NCBI GenBank assembly: GCA_963666285.1
Contig: OY762711.1
DNA from: Sedimentisphaerales bacterium
GTDB lineage: Bacteria > Planctomycetota > Phycisphaerae > Sedimentisphaerales > SM23-30
Direction: 5' to 3' (one strand)
Length of the DNA: 64,000 nt
Below the pieces are notes generated by a model that worked only from the letters and a program-made list of their open reading frames with translations, made no database searches and was not told where the DNA came from. Positions 20,148-30,992 of this stretch are shown one piece after another. The position numbers and the translations under genes are program-made. Numbering within the stretch: the first letter of the stretch is position 1; every line of letters begins with the position of its first letter.

Positions 20148-20924
20148 CTATTGCCAGGATTCTCTGATTGTTTGTCGAAACAGATCGTTTAGGGTATCCA
20201 TATTTATATCGCCGATCGGAGCAGTTTCGCAATAATTCTGTGCCCAGCTGAGTTTGTTTTGAATAAACTCTTCGAGTACCGGTATTTTGGGGCCGAGCCC
20301 GATCTCAGATGTATGTTTTTTATCTTCCAGTAATATATTTGTAGCCTCAATCATTTCTTCGGGCAGTTCCAGTGCCGCCATAGTATCTTCAAATTTCATG
20401 GGCGGAATACTATTTTTCTGATAGAGCCAAATAATATTCAGCAGCGGGCGCAGCACGTAGAAATACTTTTTGAGTTTAACCTGCTCTTTCGGTTGGACGT
20501 ATCGGCGGTAATTATTATCAGCCATATTCAGATAATGATAGGAGCAGGCTCGTTTTGAGAAACACTCCTCGGCAACCCGGAGCAGATTGTCACGGAAACT
20601 GCCGTAGCTGGTATATATGAAAGGTGATACCAGCCATTCCATTATTGTCGGATTTGATTTGGTAAACAGCCGCAGCGATTTACGCAGGTCCCAGCCGGAA
20701 ATGTCCAGTATTTCATTCACGGGCAGCTCGATAACGTCCCTGGCTTCCAGAATAGTGAGGTACCAGTCTGGTTTATTGACATAGATAAATCTGACATCAT
20801 AGTCGCTATCAGGTGACTCGAACCCCCAGCTTCTGCTGCCGGATTCGATGGCCCAGAGGATACGAACATCGTGATCGATTTCTATCTGTTTGAGTTTTTG
20901 CTTTATCTCTTCTATTATTGACAT
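20148..20924 (-). CDS. Pol-beta superfamily nucleotidyltransferase (YcgL/RlaP-like)
   Basis: ESGSRSWGFESPDSDYDVRFIY, WDLRK and KKYFYVLRPLL. Confidence 0.9.
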   Translation of the reverse strand: MSIIEEIKQKLKQIEIDHDVRILWAIESGSRSWGFESPDSDYDVRFIYVNKPDWYLTILEARDVIELPVNEILDISGWDLRKSLRLFTKSNPTIMEWLVSPFIYTSYGSFRDNLLRVAEECFSKRACSYHYLNMADNNYRRYVQPKEQVKLKKYFYVLRPLLNIIWLYQKNSIPPMKFEDTMAALELPEEMIEATNILLEDKKHTSEIGLGPKIPVLEEFIQNKLSWAQNYCETAPIGDINMDTLNDLFRQTIRESWQ

Positions 20925-20975
20925 CTGAGTGTGTTCTCTTTTTTGAAATATGAATACTTTTTTTATAAGTATGTT

Positions 20976-21437
20976 TTAGTTGTCTTCGTTTTTTCGGCAA
21001 AAAGTATATGTTATAAATATAATCCCGGAAATAATGACTAATGACAGGATTATCATTTTAGGGTTAAGGAAATGTATCGAACGATATTTTGTGAAAGTTT
21101 TCAGTTTAGCTTTTGAAACTAATTTTGTTTCATCATTTTCGATTGATATTCCATTTGGATCTGACTTGTTACTATTGTCAGTCTGTCCTAGTGTAATATG
21201 TATAGGATAAACGGTATTTTCGTGATATGTATCGATCAGTATTTGTTTTTGTTTTACTGTTGATGTTTCAATTTTTTCTAAGTCTTCGGCGAGTTGGTAT
21301 ACTTCGTCAATATCTTTTATTACCTTGAATGAGTTTTTAGGTGTAGTTAAACTTTCTGAATCCTGGGATTTAATAGCATTAGTCGTGAAGCATTGAGTAA
21401 CGAGTAAAAACAATGCAATTTGTATGAGTTTTCCCAT
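20976..21437 (-). CDS. Hypothetical protein with a signal peptide and C-terminal TM anchor
   Basis: GGAAAGGA RBS, hydrophobic N- and C-termini, AT-rich. Confidence 0.6.
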   Translation of the reverse strand: MGKLIQIALFLLVTQCFTTNAIKSQDSESLTTPKNSFKVIKDIDEVYQLAEDLEKIETSTVKQKQILIDTYHENTVYPIHITLGQTDNSNKSDPNGISIENDETKLVSKAKLKTFTKYRSIHFLNPKMIILSLVIISGIIFITYTFCRKNEDN

Positions 21438-21530
21438 ATTTTCCTTTCCAAATAAAATAATTTGCCTTTTATTATCTTAATTAATGTTTATTTGTCAAAT
21501 TGCTTGTATCTGTTACTAATCATAATAATG

Positions 21531-21560
21531 AAAAAAGCCCGCGGATGATCCGAGGGCTTT
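21531..21560 (-). terminator. galK terminator
   Basis: AAAGCCC.CGGAT-G-ATCCG.GGGCTTT stem with a T tract on the minus strand. Confidence 0.75.
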
Positions 21561-21595
21561 GGTGTTGGTAAATGTATTTTGCAGTGGTTACGCTG

Positions 21596-22837
21596 TTATG
21601 CGAGGTCGAAAGTTTTTACACCGTCAACTACTTTGCAAACGTGAACCGCGTATTTGTCAGCGAAGTCCGGCCTGCTGCGTGGGTATGCCGTATCAACCGC
21701 ATCACGGATAGCGTCAACCGCGTCAGCCTTTGCCAGGCATCCGGCAGCACCTTTGTCGCCACCGCCCAGCATACGTTCTCCGTAAACGCCCGGCACACTG
21801 CGAACGATATCACACATAGTTTCCAGTTCAGGACCGGAAATGACATAGGTGTCACGCAATCCGATACCATCTTCGCGGAATATCTTGCCGACAGTTGCCA
21901 CGTCGCCGGCTTTCCATGCGTCCATCATTTCGTAGAAACGTTTCTGAGCACCGTAGATGTAGTCAAGTCTCTTGACCAGTTCCGGATAAGAACCGCTATA
22001 ATGAGAGCGTACCTTGTTGTATGTTGCTTCGTCTTTGACATCTGCGAGGCAGTTTAGCCCTTCGAAGTCTTTCTGCAGCATTTCAGCCAGCTGGTTACAT
22101 TCGTCGTGACGAATCTTGTATGTGCTTTTTTCCAGACCAGGTCTAACAGTTCCGGTGTCCATAACGACGATTCGGAAATCTTCTGCCCCTTCGCCCAAAG
22201 GCACATAAGAAATTTGTTTTGTTTTTGGATCAAAGTGTGTGCCCATTCCTTCTTTGGCAAACATGATCATGGTCTGGTCGAGAATGCCACAAGGTGAACC
22301 GATATAGTCGTTTTCAACAGCCTGAGCAAGTTCAACCACGCGGAAATCGCTTTCAGGAGTGAGGTTAGATACTTCCATCATGGTCAGGATTAGGTTGATG
22401 CCGAGTGATGCACTTCTGCTCATGCCGCCGCCCGGGATATTGCCATATAGTACCGCGTCGAACCCTTCTGTAAGTTTGATGCCTTCGCGGCGCAGGATGA
22501 ATTCTGTGCCGTAAGGGAATCTGGCCCAGCTGTCAGCAACAGAAGGGTCTTTCGGGTCCGGCACATTGCCGATTTCGAATTCTACGATACCGTCGTCCGG
22601 GAAGTTTTCGCTGTGGAACCGCATTTTTTTAGTGCCGTTTGGTTTGTATGCCAGCCAGATAAAACGGTCAGTTCCGACGCCGAACAGTTCTGTACCGTTA
22701 TAATCACCGTGTTCTACGCCCAGGCAAAACCTTGACGAAGTTCTGCGGACCTTGCCGCCGGCGATATCGAGTCCTTTTTCTGATGCGGCCTTTTGCAGCC
22801 GCTGTGTCATTTCCTGATCAAGCTGTGTCATAGACAT
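21596..22837 (-). CDS. galK: Galactokinase family (GHMP) sugar kinase
   Basis: EHGDYNG, IPGGGMSRSAS, PCGILDQ, ISGPELE and GERMLGGG. Confidence 0.8.
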   Translation of the reverse strand: MSMTQLDQEMTQRLQKAASEKGLDIAGGKVRRTSSRFCLGVEHGDYNGTELFGVGTDRFIWLAYKPNGTKKMRFHSENFPDDGIVEFEIGNVPDPKDPSVADSWARFPYGTEFILRREGIKLTEGFDAVLYGNIPGGGMSRSASLGINLILTMMEVSNLTPESDFRVVELAQAVENDYIGSPCGILDQTMIMFAKEGMGTHFDPKTKQISYVPLGEGAEDFRIVVMDTGTVRPGLEKSTYKIRHDECNQLAEMLQKDFEGLNCLADVKDEATYNKVRSHYSGSYPELVKRLDYIYGAQKRFYEMMDAWKAGDVATVGKIFREDGIGLRDTYVISGPELETMCDIVRSVPGVYGERMLGGGDKGAAGCLAKADAVDAIRDAVDTAYPRSRPDFADKYAVHVCKVVDGVKTFDLA

Positions 22838-23121
22838 TCGTATAACCTCATATGTAGTAAGTATTAATAGTGTCTCTTTGCTTTTTTGATATAAATTTAA
22901 ACTCTGTAAATTCTAATCGCTTTGGTGGTATTATGCAATAAGTTTCGCATAATCAGTCAAATAAGTATATTTGGTTAAAAGGATTAAAATATTTGAATTT
23001 AGCTTAGTTCTTATCTTATAATTAATTAGATGCGTTTCTATATCTCAAACTGAGATTGTGGCCGGTTTGAGGATAAATGTGACAGTGACCACAAGTCTTT
23101 GGATATAAAGGAGTTGGTGTC

Positions 23122-23589
23122 ATGGAAATCAAAAACATACTATTCCCGACAGATTTTTCAGAGCATTCGATGGCGGCATATAGCTGTGTAGTTGATTTGG
23201 CCGAGAAATATAATGCCAAGGTTCACTGTCTGCATGTTGCCGATGACAGTTGTCATTACTGGATGTCAGGTGATGATTCGCTGGCTCCGGTTGTAATCTC
23301 TGAGAAAGAATTGGGCGAAAATGCTAAAGGGCTGCTGGAGCAGTTTGTCGATGAGAAGCTTGCTGCGATCAAAGACCGGCTTGAGGCTACCGTTATTGTC
23401 GGCAGGCCGTTTGCCGAGATTATTCGTTATGCACGTGAGAACGATATCGATCTCATCGTTATGAGTTCACACGGACATGGAGCGTTAGCAGCAATGCTGC
23501 TTGGCAGCGTAACGGAGAAGGTTGTTCGTAAGGCTCCTTGTGCGGTGTTGACTGTCCGAGATAAGCATCAGACCTTTGAGATGCCGTAA
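23122..23589 (+). CDS. Universal stress protein
   Basis: ILFPTDFS, IDLIVMSSHG and LLGSVTEKVVRKAPCAVL. Confidence 0.95.
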   Translation: MEIKNILFPTDFSEHSMAAYSCVVDLAEKYNAKVHCLHVADDSCHYWMSGDDSLAPVVISEKELGENAKGLLEQFVDEKLAAIKDRLEATVIVGRPFAEIIRYARENDIDLIVMSSHGHGALAAMLLGSVTEKVVRKAPCAVLTVRDKHQTFEMP

Positions 23590-23626
23590 TATGGCAATGC
23601 CTTGACCAGTATTTTATCATGTTGTT

Positions 23627-25147
23627 TTAGTTAGTCATAACGTAGGTAATTATATTCATTCCCAGCTGTCGGGCAGAGGTTTGAGCGTAACCTTTGATCA
23701 TTGGATAGTAAGCGTCGAGCCAGCCGGCTTCGAGGTCCTGTGGGCTGTATATAACTTTGAGTTCACCGCCGATATTTATGCCCTGCAGTTTTGGCTTGCT
23801 GCCGGTTGCGGCGGCTTCAAGGATCGGTGAATATTCGACCTTGTCAATATTGAACAGGGAAGAATAAACAGGATGGTCGGCAGGAATATCTCTGAATGAA
23901 GTATTGGGCAGTACTTTAGCCATCTCTTGTTTAACCGCGGAGTCGAATGTAGTTAATCCCATACCGTTATTTATTAACAGGAATCCGCCGGTAGTAAGAT
24001 AGTTTCTTAATATAGCAACTTGTTTGTCTGAAAGGTCGAAACTGTCGAGCCCGGTGAGATAAAGAAACGGATATTGATCGAGATTGTCCTTACCAAGATC
24101 GATAGTGCGTCTTTGCAGGTTGACGCGGATCGCGGTATGTTTCCGCAGTTTCAGCATAAGAGCAGTAGCGGCACCAGGGTGGACATTCCAGGCACCGTTA
24201 TGCCTGATCTGTGCGAAGATAAATTCATCTGTTGGTATCTGTTGATCGGCAAGCGAGAACATTTCCGGTCTGCCCTCAACTATGCCGGGCTGGGCATATC
24301 CGACGATATATGCTGCCAGATTGATGCCGATTTCTGTTGCCGAACGTGCATCATAGAAGCTGGCTGCGGACAGCTGCAAGAGCGGGCCGGTATTCTGGTT
24401 CCAGCCGCAGCCGAGTCCGTATTTGCTGATAAGAAAACCAATTCGTGAACCGATGTATATCCCTTCAAGTTCCGGCAGGGCCACGTCGGGATTTCTGGGG
24501 TTATTGACATTTGTAATATTGACAAAAATGTGGTATATCGGATGGTCAAGCGGGATAGCTCTGACAGAGCTTTCGGGAAACATCTGCTCGGCCAGTTCGC
24601 GGGTTGAGTTATAGAAATAAGGGGAGCCCGCAATTGAGTCGCAGATTACCATACCACCTGATGTTATATACTGCCGGAGTGATTTCTGCTGAAGTTCGCC
24701 AAGCTTAAGCGATCGAGTGCCGGAAAAGAATAATGCCGGGAGCTGCTGAGGGTTATAATGGAAACTGTTAAGGTTGACATTCTGCCAGTGATAGTTAAGG
24801 TTAAGTTTACGTGAGTTTTGCATAAACTTTTCAATGTCTGTCGGGCAGAGGTTCCAGTCAGCGATTTCGAGTGTGTTGCCGGAAGAGTCCTGAAAGCTGG
24901 CAGATTGGCCCCATATGACTTTTCCGATAAGATAGTCCGGCTGCGGCGGTTTTTTACGTTCCGTCCGCCGAAGCGGGGTAGCCGGCAGCGGCAGCGGCGG
25001 CATAGCTTCTGCTGCTGAAATATTTTTTCGAGGTGCCTGGTAAGGCTTTTTGTCACCGAGATAGATAAACCAGTCATCTTCAGCAGCAAATACGGCAGGG
25101 CTTAGAGCCAGGCAAAGGGTCAGGATGTAAATAAGTTTTTGTCTCAT
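23627..25147 (-). CDS. Secreted protein with tandem DUF4159 domains
   Basis: Two repeats of P.LY..G, L..Y...GG, HP.Y and G.N...Y. Confidence 0.8.
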   Translation of the reverse strand: MRQKLIYILTLCLALSPAVFAAEDDWFIYLGDKKPYQAPRKNISAAEAMPPLPLPATPLRRTERKKPPQPDYLIGKVIWGQSASFQDSSGNTLEIADWNLCPTDIEKFMQNSRKLNLNYHWQNVNLNSFHYNPQQLPALFFSGTRSLKLGELQQKSLRQYITSGGMVICDSIAGSPYFYNSTRELAEQMFPESSVRAIPLDHPIYHIFVNITNVNNPRNPDVALPELEGIYIGSRIGFLISKYGLGCGWNQNTGPLLQLSAASFYDARSATEIGINLAAYIVGYAQPGIVEGRPEMFSLADQQIPTDEFIFAQIRHNGAWNVHPGAATALMLKLRKHTAIRVNLQRRTIDLGKDNLDQYPFLYLTGLDSFDLSDKQVAILRNYLTTGGFLLINNGMGLTTFDSAVKQEMAKVLPNTSFRDIPADHPVYSSLFNIDKVEYSPILEAAATGSKPKLQGINIGGELKVIYSPQDLEAGWLDAYYPMIKGYAQTSARQLGMNIITYVMTN

Positions 25148-25986
25148 ACATTCTTTTTAGCAACTATGGCAAATTCATCTGAAGTTGGCAGAAATTGAGA
25201 ACCCGCAACATTTGAATAGAGATTGGTTATTTCAAATCCGACAGCGGTGAATTCGGCCTGAAGTGTTTCAGGGGTGAAATGCTGCAGCCAATTATATACA
25301 GTTCGAGTGCGGGCTGCTTCAACGATAGTGTATTTATCGAGAGTAACTTTTTCGTCGGGATATTTGAAGGTGTTTACAAATGCATAGTATTTGTCAGCAG
25401 ACCAGAAACTGTCAAGCTGGTTGAGCTCGTAGGTTGCTGATTCCTCACGGTTATCGAAAGCGTTTAGTGAATAGACATCAAGCAGTACAGCACCGCCCGG
25501 TTTTAGAATAGAGTAAAACTTATTTACCATAAGTTTTCTCTGTTCAAAGCTGAGAGCACAGAAGTCGCACATGATCATCAGTACCAGGTCGAATTTTTTA
25601 TCAGTTTGGAACTCGAGGTAATTCTGATTCAAGTAGTCAATTTTAAGACCTAGTTCGTCAGCCGTTTTTTTGGCATATTGAATAGAGTTACTTGAAAAGT
25701 CGATACCGGTTACATTTGCACCTTTTTTGGCAAGGCGTGTGGTGTAAAGCCCCGGACCGCATCCGAAATCGATAATGTTTGTGTCTTTGGTGATGCCAAA
25801 CTGAGAATTTATCCATTCGACTGAATGCTCGATGAACTTTATCTGTCGAGAAGAAACGTCGATTTCATCATTGAGATGATAGTTGAGCATCTGTTGTGAT
25901 GTGTACTCGTCGTTCCATAAATCTTCGGCAGAGTAGAACTCAAACGGTTTTGGTCGTTCGTTTATTTGTTCAAGTAAATAAAACAT
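25144..25986 (-). CDS. Class I SAM-dependent methyltransferase
   Basis: IIDFGCGPGLY, VTGIDFS and LKPGG. Start taken at MFYLLE. Confidence 0.9.
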   Translation of the reverse strand: MFYLLEQINERPKPFEFYSAEDLWNDEYTSQQMLNYHLNDEIDVSSRQIKFIEHSVEWINSQFGITKDTNIIDFGCGPGLYTTRLAKKGANVTGIDFSSNSIQYAKKTADELGLKIDYLNQNYLEFQTDKKFDLVLMIMCDFCALSFEQRKLMVNKFYSILKPGGAVLLDVYSLNAFDNREESATYELNQLDSFWSADKYYAFVNTFKYPDEKVTLDKYTIVEAARTRTVYNWLQHFTPETLQAEFTAVGFEITNLYSNVAGSQFLPTSDEFAIVAKKNV

Positions 25987-26025
25987 AGTATATGTTATAA
26001 ACTCTGTATGACATTTAGTCAAAGG

Positions 26026-27606
26026 TTATTCCGGCCATATAAAAGTGGCAATTGACTGGCCGGGGATGTTATATACAAAATATTTTCTACTGCATTCAAC
26101 CAGGAAACCATGTGGTTTCGGATTGCTGTTATATACTACCAGTGAGATTTTGCCATCAGCCGTTTTGAAAGCGATAGTGTCAAGTTTTTCAGGGTTAGGA
26201 TCAGTGCTTTTTGCCTGTGTCTGGATACGAACGCAACCAGGCTGGGCTGCACGTGATAATTGGGCCATGGCATAGTATTCCCGTTCAAATTTAACTTCTT
26301 TGTATGTGTCTGTATTGATCGTGATAATACCCATAGCGGCAGAGTCGTCTCGGAGAGTCGGGCCGAATTTGTGATCGAGTGCCAGGTTCCATTGGAGAGA
26401 AACAGAGGCGAAGTTTTGCGGGCCGCCCATCCAGTTGTGCTGCATAGTCCAATTGATATCGCCAAACCATTGGCCGCGGTTTCTGCCCCATCCGCTGATT
26501 TCAGTGCAGAATATTAATTTGTCGGGAAATTCTTTGTGCATTGTTTTATAGGCTTGCTTCATTGCATCTGTTCCGCCTGAGTAGCAATGCCAGGCGGTCC
26601 CGGCTGCATATTGGCCGGCCTGCGGATCGTTAAGAATAGTGTGGCAGAGGTCAACAGGGTCGGCCTTGGTATCTCCACAGATTACAGGTCTGTCGTCAGG
26701 ATGGAGCTGCCAGTTATGGTCATGGATAAATATTTTTGTGTTTAAGTTTTTCTGTTTAAGCTTTGGCCCTAAAAAGCTAATAAGTTTAATTTGGTCATTT
26801 GCGTCCATTCTCATGCAGGGATACCTGGCTGCGTCAAACTGAGGTTCGTTTTGCAGGGTAACTGCATAAATATCGATTCCTTCATTTTTGTATGCCTCTA
26901 TTATTTTAACAAAGTATTCAGCGTAGGTTTCGAAGTATTCAGGTTTGAGTTTACATATTTTTCCGGCTTCTTTTTCATCTTTGGTTATGCCGATAAGGTT
27001 TTCGTTAGTTTTCATCCATGCCGGGGGCGACCATGGTGATCCCATAATTTTTATTGATGGGTTATAGCGGAGTGTTTCTTTCAGGGCTGGTATAATATAT
27101 TTTTTGTCGTGATCGATACTAAAGAGAGCCAGGTCTGGTGATTTCTGGTCGCAATAAGTGTAGTAGTTTTGAGTGGCGGTGTAGTCTGATGAACCGAGCG
27201 GTTTACGTAAAAAGCTAAATCCGGCACCATCGGTTGTGTCAAACAGTTTCTTCATGGTATAGTCATAAAGGGCAGGGTTTTTCTCTTTGAGCTGCATAAG
27301 TACATAAGCCGACGCGTCTGTCATTGATGCGCCATAGCCTTGCATTTGTTGGAAAGTACGGTTTGGCTTAATGATTATTCTGTATTTTTGCTTAGGTCTG
27401 GAAGGCTGAAGTGATATGGATTGTTTTTTAAAGAGTGTATAATTGCTGTCCTGGTTGATGTTGTACAGGGCAGTATCTGACCAGTTACCCATATCAGCTC
27501 TTTTAGTATCTCCGTCAGATATTTTAGTTTGCCATGAATTTATAGTTTGTGATTGGCATAAAGTTGAAATGAGCAAAATCGAGAGAATGGTAATTCTAAA
27601 TCGCAT
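26026..27606 (-). CDS. Glycoside hydrolase family 30
   Basis: GYGASMTDAS, SPWSPPAWMK, TLQNEP, AWHCY, FCTE and WNLALD. Confidence 0.92.
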   Translation of the reverse strand: MRFRITILSILLISTLCQSQTINSWQTKISDGDTKRADMGNWSDTALYNINQDSNYTLFKKQSISLQPSRPKQKYRIIIKPNRTFQQMQGYGASMTDASAYVLMQLKEKNPALYDYTMKKLFDTTDGAGFSFLRKPLGSSDYTATQNYYTYCDQKSPDLALFSIDHDKKYIIPALKETLRYNPSIKIMGSPWSPPAWMKTNENLIGITKDEKEAGKICKLKPEYFETYAEYFVKIIEAYKNEGIDIYAVTLQNEPQFDAARYPCMRMDANDQIKLISFLGPKLKQKNLNTKIFIHDHNWQLHPDDRPVICGDTKADPVDLCHTILNDPQAGQYAAGTAWHCYSGGTDAMKQAYKTMHKEFPDKLIFCTEISGWGRNRGQWFGDINWTMQHNWMGGPQNFASVSLQWNLALDHKFGPTLRDDSAAMGIITINTDTYKEVKFEREYYAMAQLSRAAQPGCVRIQTQAKSTDPNPEKLDTIAFKTADGKISLVVYNSNPKPHGFLVECSRKYFVYNIPGQSIATFIWPE

Positions 27607-28069
27607 GAATGTTCCTTTCAAAGAGCTGAGTTATTATTATCTGCGAAAAACCTTATAATCAGCCATTTTAGCGTATACATAAGTTTACAGTTTTTATATA
27701 TGTATATTCCGATAACTGTTAAATTTTGGACTCTTAAAATAAAATAATATAGAAATCTTAAGCAGAGATTTCATGATATCCCATTTCATTTGCGAATATA
27801 TTATCTGTATATCTGGTTAAATTACGAATAACTAAAATTGCGATCGTCCTATAAAATACACTTTCTGTTACCTGCAATTGGGAGTGTTACTTAGTTTTTT
27901 GTATATTAAACAATTACAACATTTATATCAATTTATATGTTTTTGTATATTGTTCCGGTTGTGGTTATAAATCCTGATATTCTAATTATGCAGTTTGTAT
28001 CACTTTTTGTCGATGGGATGGTCAACGTTATTATTTGTATAGTATTGTTAATTTTTTGAGGAAGATGCA

Positions 28070-30178
28070 ATGTTTAGAAGAAGAAGGTTATTGTTAGTGG
28101 TATTGATTTCTCTGGTTCCTTCGGTATTATATGGTCAGGAAGCCGACTCTGATGATTTTATGGATATTTCCCTGGAAGAGCTGGTAGAGATAGATGTTTC
28201 ATCAGCTGGTTTCTTCACAACTACGACTAATAAAGCTCCGGGTACAATTATGGTTTATGACATGGAGGACATTGAACATGCTCCAATCAGAACATTATCA
28301 GATATGTTTGATCAGTATATACCGGGAGCGATATCAGGTGCTCATGAACGTCAGGGGCGTCTGATAGGTACTCGCGGGCTGATGATAGATAATAATGCCA
28401 AGACGCTGGTAATGTGGGACGGTCAGCAGATTAATTGTCGTTCTCATTTTGGCTATATGATTGGCATGTTGTCACCTATGATGGGTGATATTTCAAAGAT
28501 CGAAGTAATTCACGGACCTGGAGCTATTATGCATGGCTCAGGTGCAATTAACGGCTTTGTAAATATGGTTCCTAAAACCGGCCTGACTCACCAGGGAGGA
28601 TTTCTGAGCTATGAATACGGCATAAAAGAGAAGTCGAATCTATTAGAAGGTGGTTATGGCTATAAGTATGGTGATAACAGAGGTTTATATGTTTATGGCG
28701 GTAAGCTGAGAGCGGTAGGTTTTTCCCCGGATGAAACCTGGGGTGAGAGCAAAGAATATATCGGCGATGTAAGTGCCTGGGGTTTTCAGGAGTCAAACTA
28801 TCGCGTATCTACTACCTGGAATCATGACAACTTCAGTATGAATTTCTTTACCTATGAACTTAATCCGCAGAAAAACAGTCTGCATGAATTTGGCTATTTT
28901 AAGAATGAAACCATGGCAGTGCGTCCCAAATATATTGTTGAACTGAACGATACCGACAAGGTCGAGCTATCAGCATCGTTCTTATGGATGGATTTTGGCG
29001 ATATTGGAGCTAATGGCCAGACAGCGAATGTAATTGGTGGGTCAGAAAGGCATTGGGATACCAAGGCGGTGTATAAGACTACCAGGTTTGACAATCACCA
29101 GCTGGCTGTTGGTGGATTATTTGGAAAGAAAGAATTTCGCGGCTCGCAATTTTATTTTGCGGCTGATCCTCCGGAAGGATTTGAATCACTTGATACCAGA
29201 TGGGAAGAATCAAGTATGTTTGCTGAAGATGTAATATCAATAACAGATCAATTGACTTTGAGTTTTGGAATTAGATACGATCAGTATCATCTGGATCCGA
29301 TTCAGAATATGTCATATGTCGGAGATATCCCTGATCCGGAGCCGGGGAAAATACCTGGACACACCTCGCCTAGAATAGCTTTAGCGTATGAATTTGATGA
29401 ACAGACTGTCGTAAAGGCGTCATATCAGCATGGTTTCCGGATGCCGGATGCAGCATATTATAACTGGAATCAGGTTAATAATGCCGCGGCATCGGCCTTA
29501 GGCTTTTCCAATTCACCTGCGTTGAAGCCCGAAGAGCTGGATTCGTATGAGATAAACCTTTATAAAGTATTGACTAACAAGCTTTCTATGAATGTAAATG
29601 CATATTATAATGTATTCAAAGACCAGTTAGCCTGGGGTGACTTGAGTGCATACTGGACTGATGCCGAGATAGCAGCGATGAATGACTGGACACCGGCCTC
29701 CAGCTGGGGCTGGGAAGGCGGTATGTTCCAGAATAACGAAGGTGATTTTGCTGTTTATGGTGCAGAGTTAATGGTTGATTATGACCTGACCGATAACGCA
29801 GCACTGGAAGTAAGTTATGGTTATGCCAAGGCTGAGAATGATTGTATCGAGCAGCATTATCCACCGCATTTGATCAAGACCAGGCTTGATACCAGATGGA
29901 TGGAAGATAAATTGGTAGTCAGTATGAATTATGTCTATAATTCAAAATATACAACAGATATAAATCCAATTATGAACAGTCTTTATGAAGATACTCGAGA
30001 TATATTCAATATAGCAGCATCATACCAGGTAAATCCCAATTTCAGGATAAAGGGCGAAATTCATAATATGTTTGGTGATGCAACTCCGCCGGCATCATTC
30101 CGGTCTAATGTGCCATATTGGGGTAACGTTGGTTATGCCGAGCCGAGGTATTATTTGTCAGCCGAGCTGACATTCTAG
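28070..30178 (+). CDS. TonB-dependent receptor
   Basis: Signal peptide, plug motif ISKIEVIHGPGAIMHGSGAINGFVN, LKPE and C-terminal LTF. Confidence 0.92.
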   Translation: MFRRRRLLLVVLISLVPSVLYGQEADSDDFMDISLEELVEIDVSSAGFFTTTTNKAPGTIMVYDMEDIEHAPIRTLSDMFDQYIPGAISGAHERQGRLIGTRGLMIDNNAKTLVMWDGQQINCRSHFGYMIGMLSPMMGDISKIEVIHGPGAIMHGSGAINGFVNMVPKTGLTHQGGFLSYEYGIKEKSNLLEGGYGYKYGDNRGLYVYGGKLRAVGFSPDETWGESKEYIGDVSAWGFQESNYRVSTTWNHDNFSMNFFTYELNPQKNSLHEFGYFKNETMAVRPKYIVELNDTDKVELSASFLWMDFGDIGANGQTANVIGGSERHWDTKAVYKTTRFDNHQLAVGGLFGKKEFRGSQFYFAADPPEGFESLDTRWEESSMFAEDVISITDQLTLSFGIRYDQYHLDPIQNMSYVGDIPDPEPGKIPGHTSPRIALAYEFDEQTVVKASYQHGFRMPDAAYYNWNQVNNAAASALGFSNSPALKPEELDSYEINLYKVLTNKLSMNVNAYYNVFKDQLAWGDLSAYWTDAEIAAMNDWTPASSWGWEGGMFQNNEGDFAVYGAELMVDYDLTDNAALEVSYGYAKAENDCIEQHYPPHLIKTRLDTRWMEDKLVVSMNYVYNSKYTTDINPIMNSLYEDTRDIFNIAASYQVNPNFRIKGEIHNMFGDATPPASFRSNVPYWGNVGYAEPRYYLSAELTF

Positions 30179-30298
30179 AGATACAGCTGGGTTTTAGCTG
30201 GCAGATAGTTAAAACTATATCTGCATTTAAGTTAAGTAAATAAAGCGTGTTATGAGTAGTTGTGTAGTATGGGGCTGCTTGTAATACGCTTTTTTCTA

Positions 30299-30844
30299 TT
30301 AGGTGTAGTTGTTATATGAAGTGATTTCTTCTATTGGTTTTCGGTTTTTGGCGGATGGCTGTGCTGCTGGTGGATGGCCCAAAGTTATGATAAGCTCAAC
30401 TCTTTTATTGGCTGGTACTTGCAGCATTTTTTTAATTGGTTTTTCTTTGAACCAGCCGATCAAGCATGTGCCGAGGTTAAGTTCGGCGGCCTGCAGGCAG
30501 AAGTGTTCAGCTGCGATAGCTATGTCCATTTGTGAGAAGGCTTTGCGTTTGATTATGCCGCCGAGTTTAGCGGTTAATTTCTGCCGTTGTGATACTACGG
30601 CGACTAGTACCGGTGCAAGATGTGCAAATCCGTTCATAGCTAATGCTTTGTCAGATATGCAGTTAGCTAGTTTTTCTTTTAGCTCCGGCCGGTCAATTAT
30701 AATGAATTTCCAGGGTTGTGAGTTACATGCCGAGGGTGCAAGCCGGGCGGCTTCGATGCACTTGACGATATCTTCTTTATTGACAGGGGTTTCCTTATAG
30801 TATCGGCAGCTGAATCGTTTGTTGGCAAGTTCGAGAAAGTCCAT
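30299..30844 (-). CDS. Nitroreductase family protein
   Basis: RFSCR.Y, ARLAPSACNSQPW and LGTCLIG. Confidence 0.93.
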   Translation of the reverse strand: MDFLELANKRFSCRYYKETPVNKEDIVKCIEAARLAPSACNSQPWKFIIIDRPELKEKLANCISDKALAMNGFAHLAPVLVAVVSQRQKLTAKLGGIIKRKAFSQMDIAIAAEHFCLQAAELNLGTCLIGWFKEKPIKKMLQVPANKRVELIITLGHPPAAQPSAKNRKPIEEITSYNNYT

Positions 30845-30992
30845 GGTGGTATTATAATGCGGTTGGCGGGGTGAGTCTATAGGTGATTTAACCTTTTTCG
30901 GTTATTGAATTTAGAGAATGATTGGAATATAATTTCTATCTCTGTAGCAGTTACCAGATATATATAGCAGGCTTGACAGAAAGAAATCTAAA

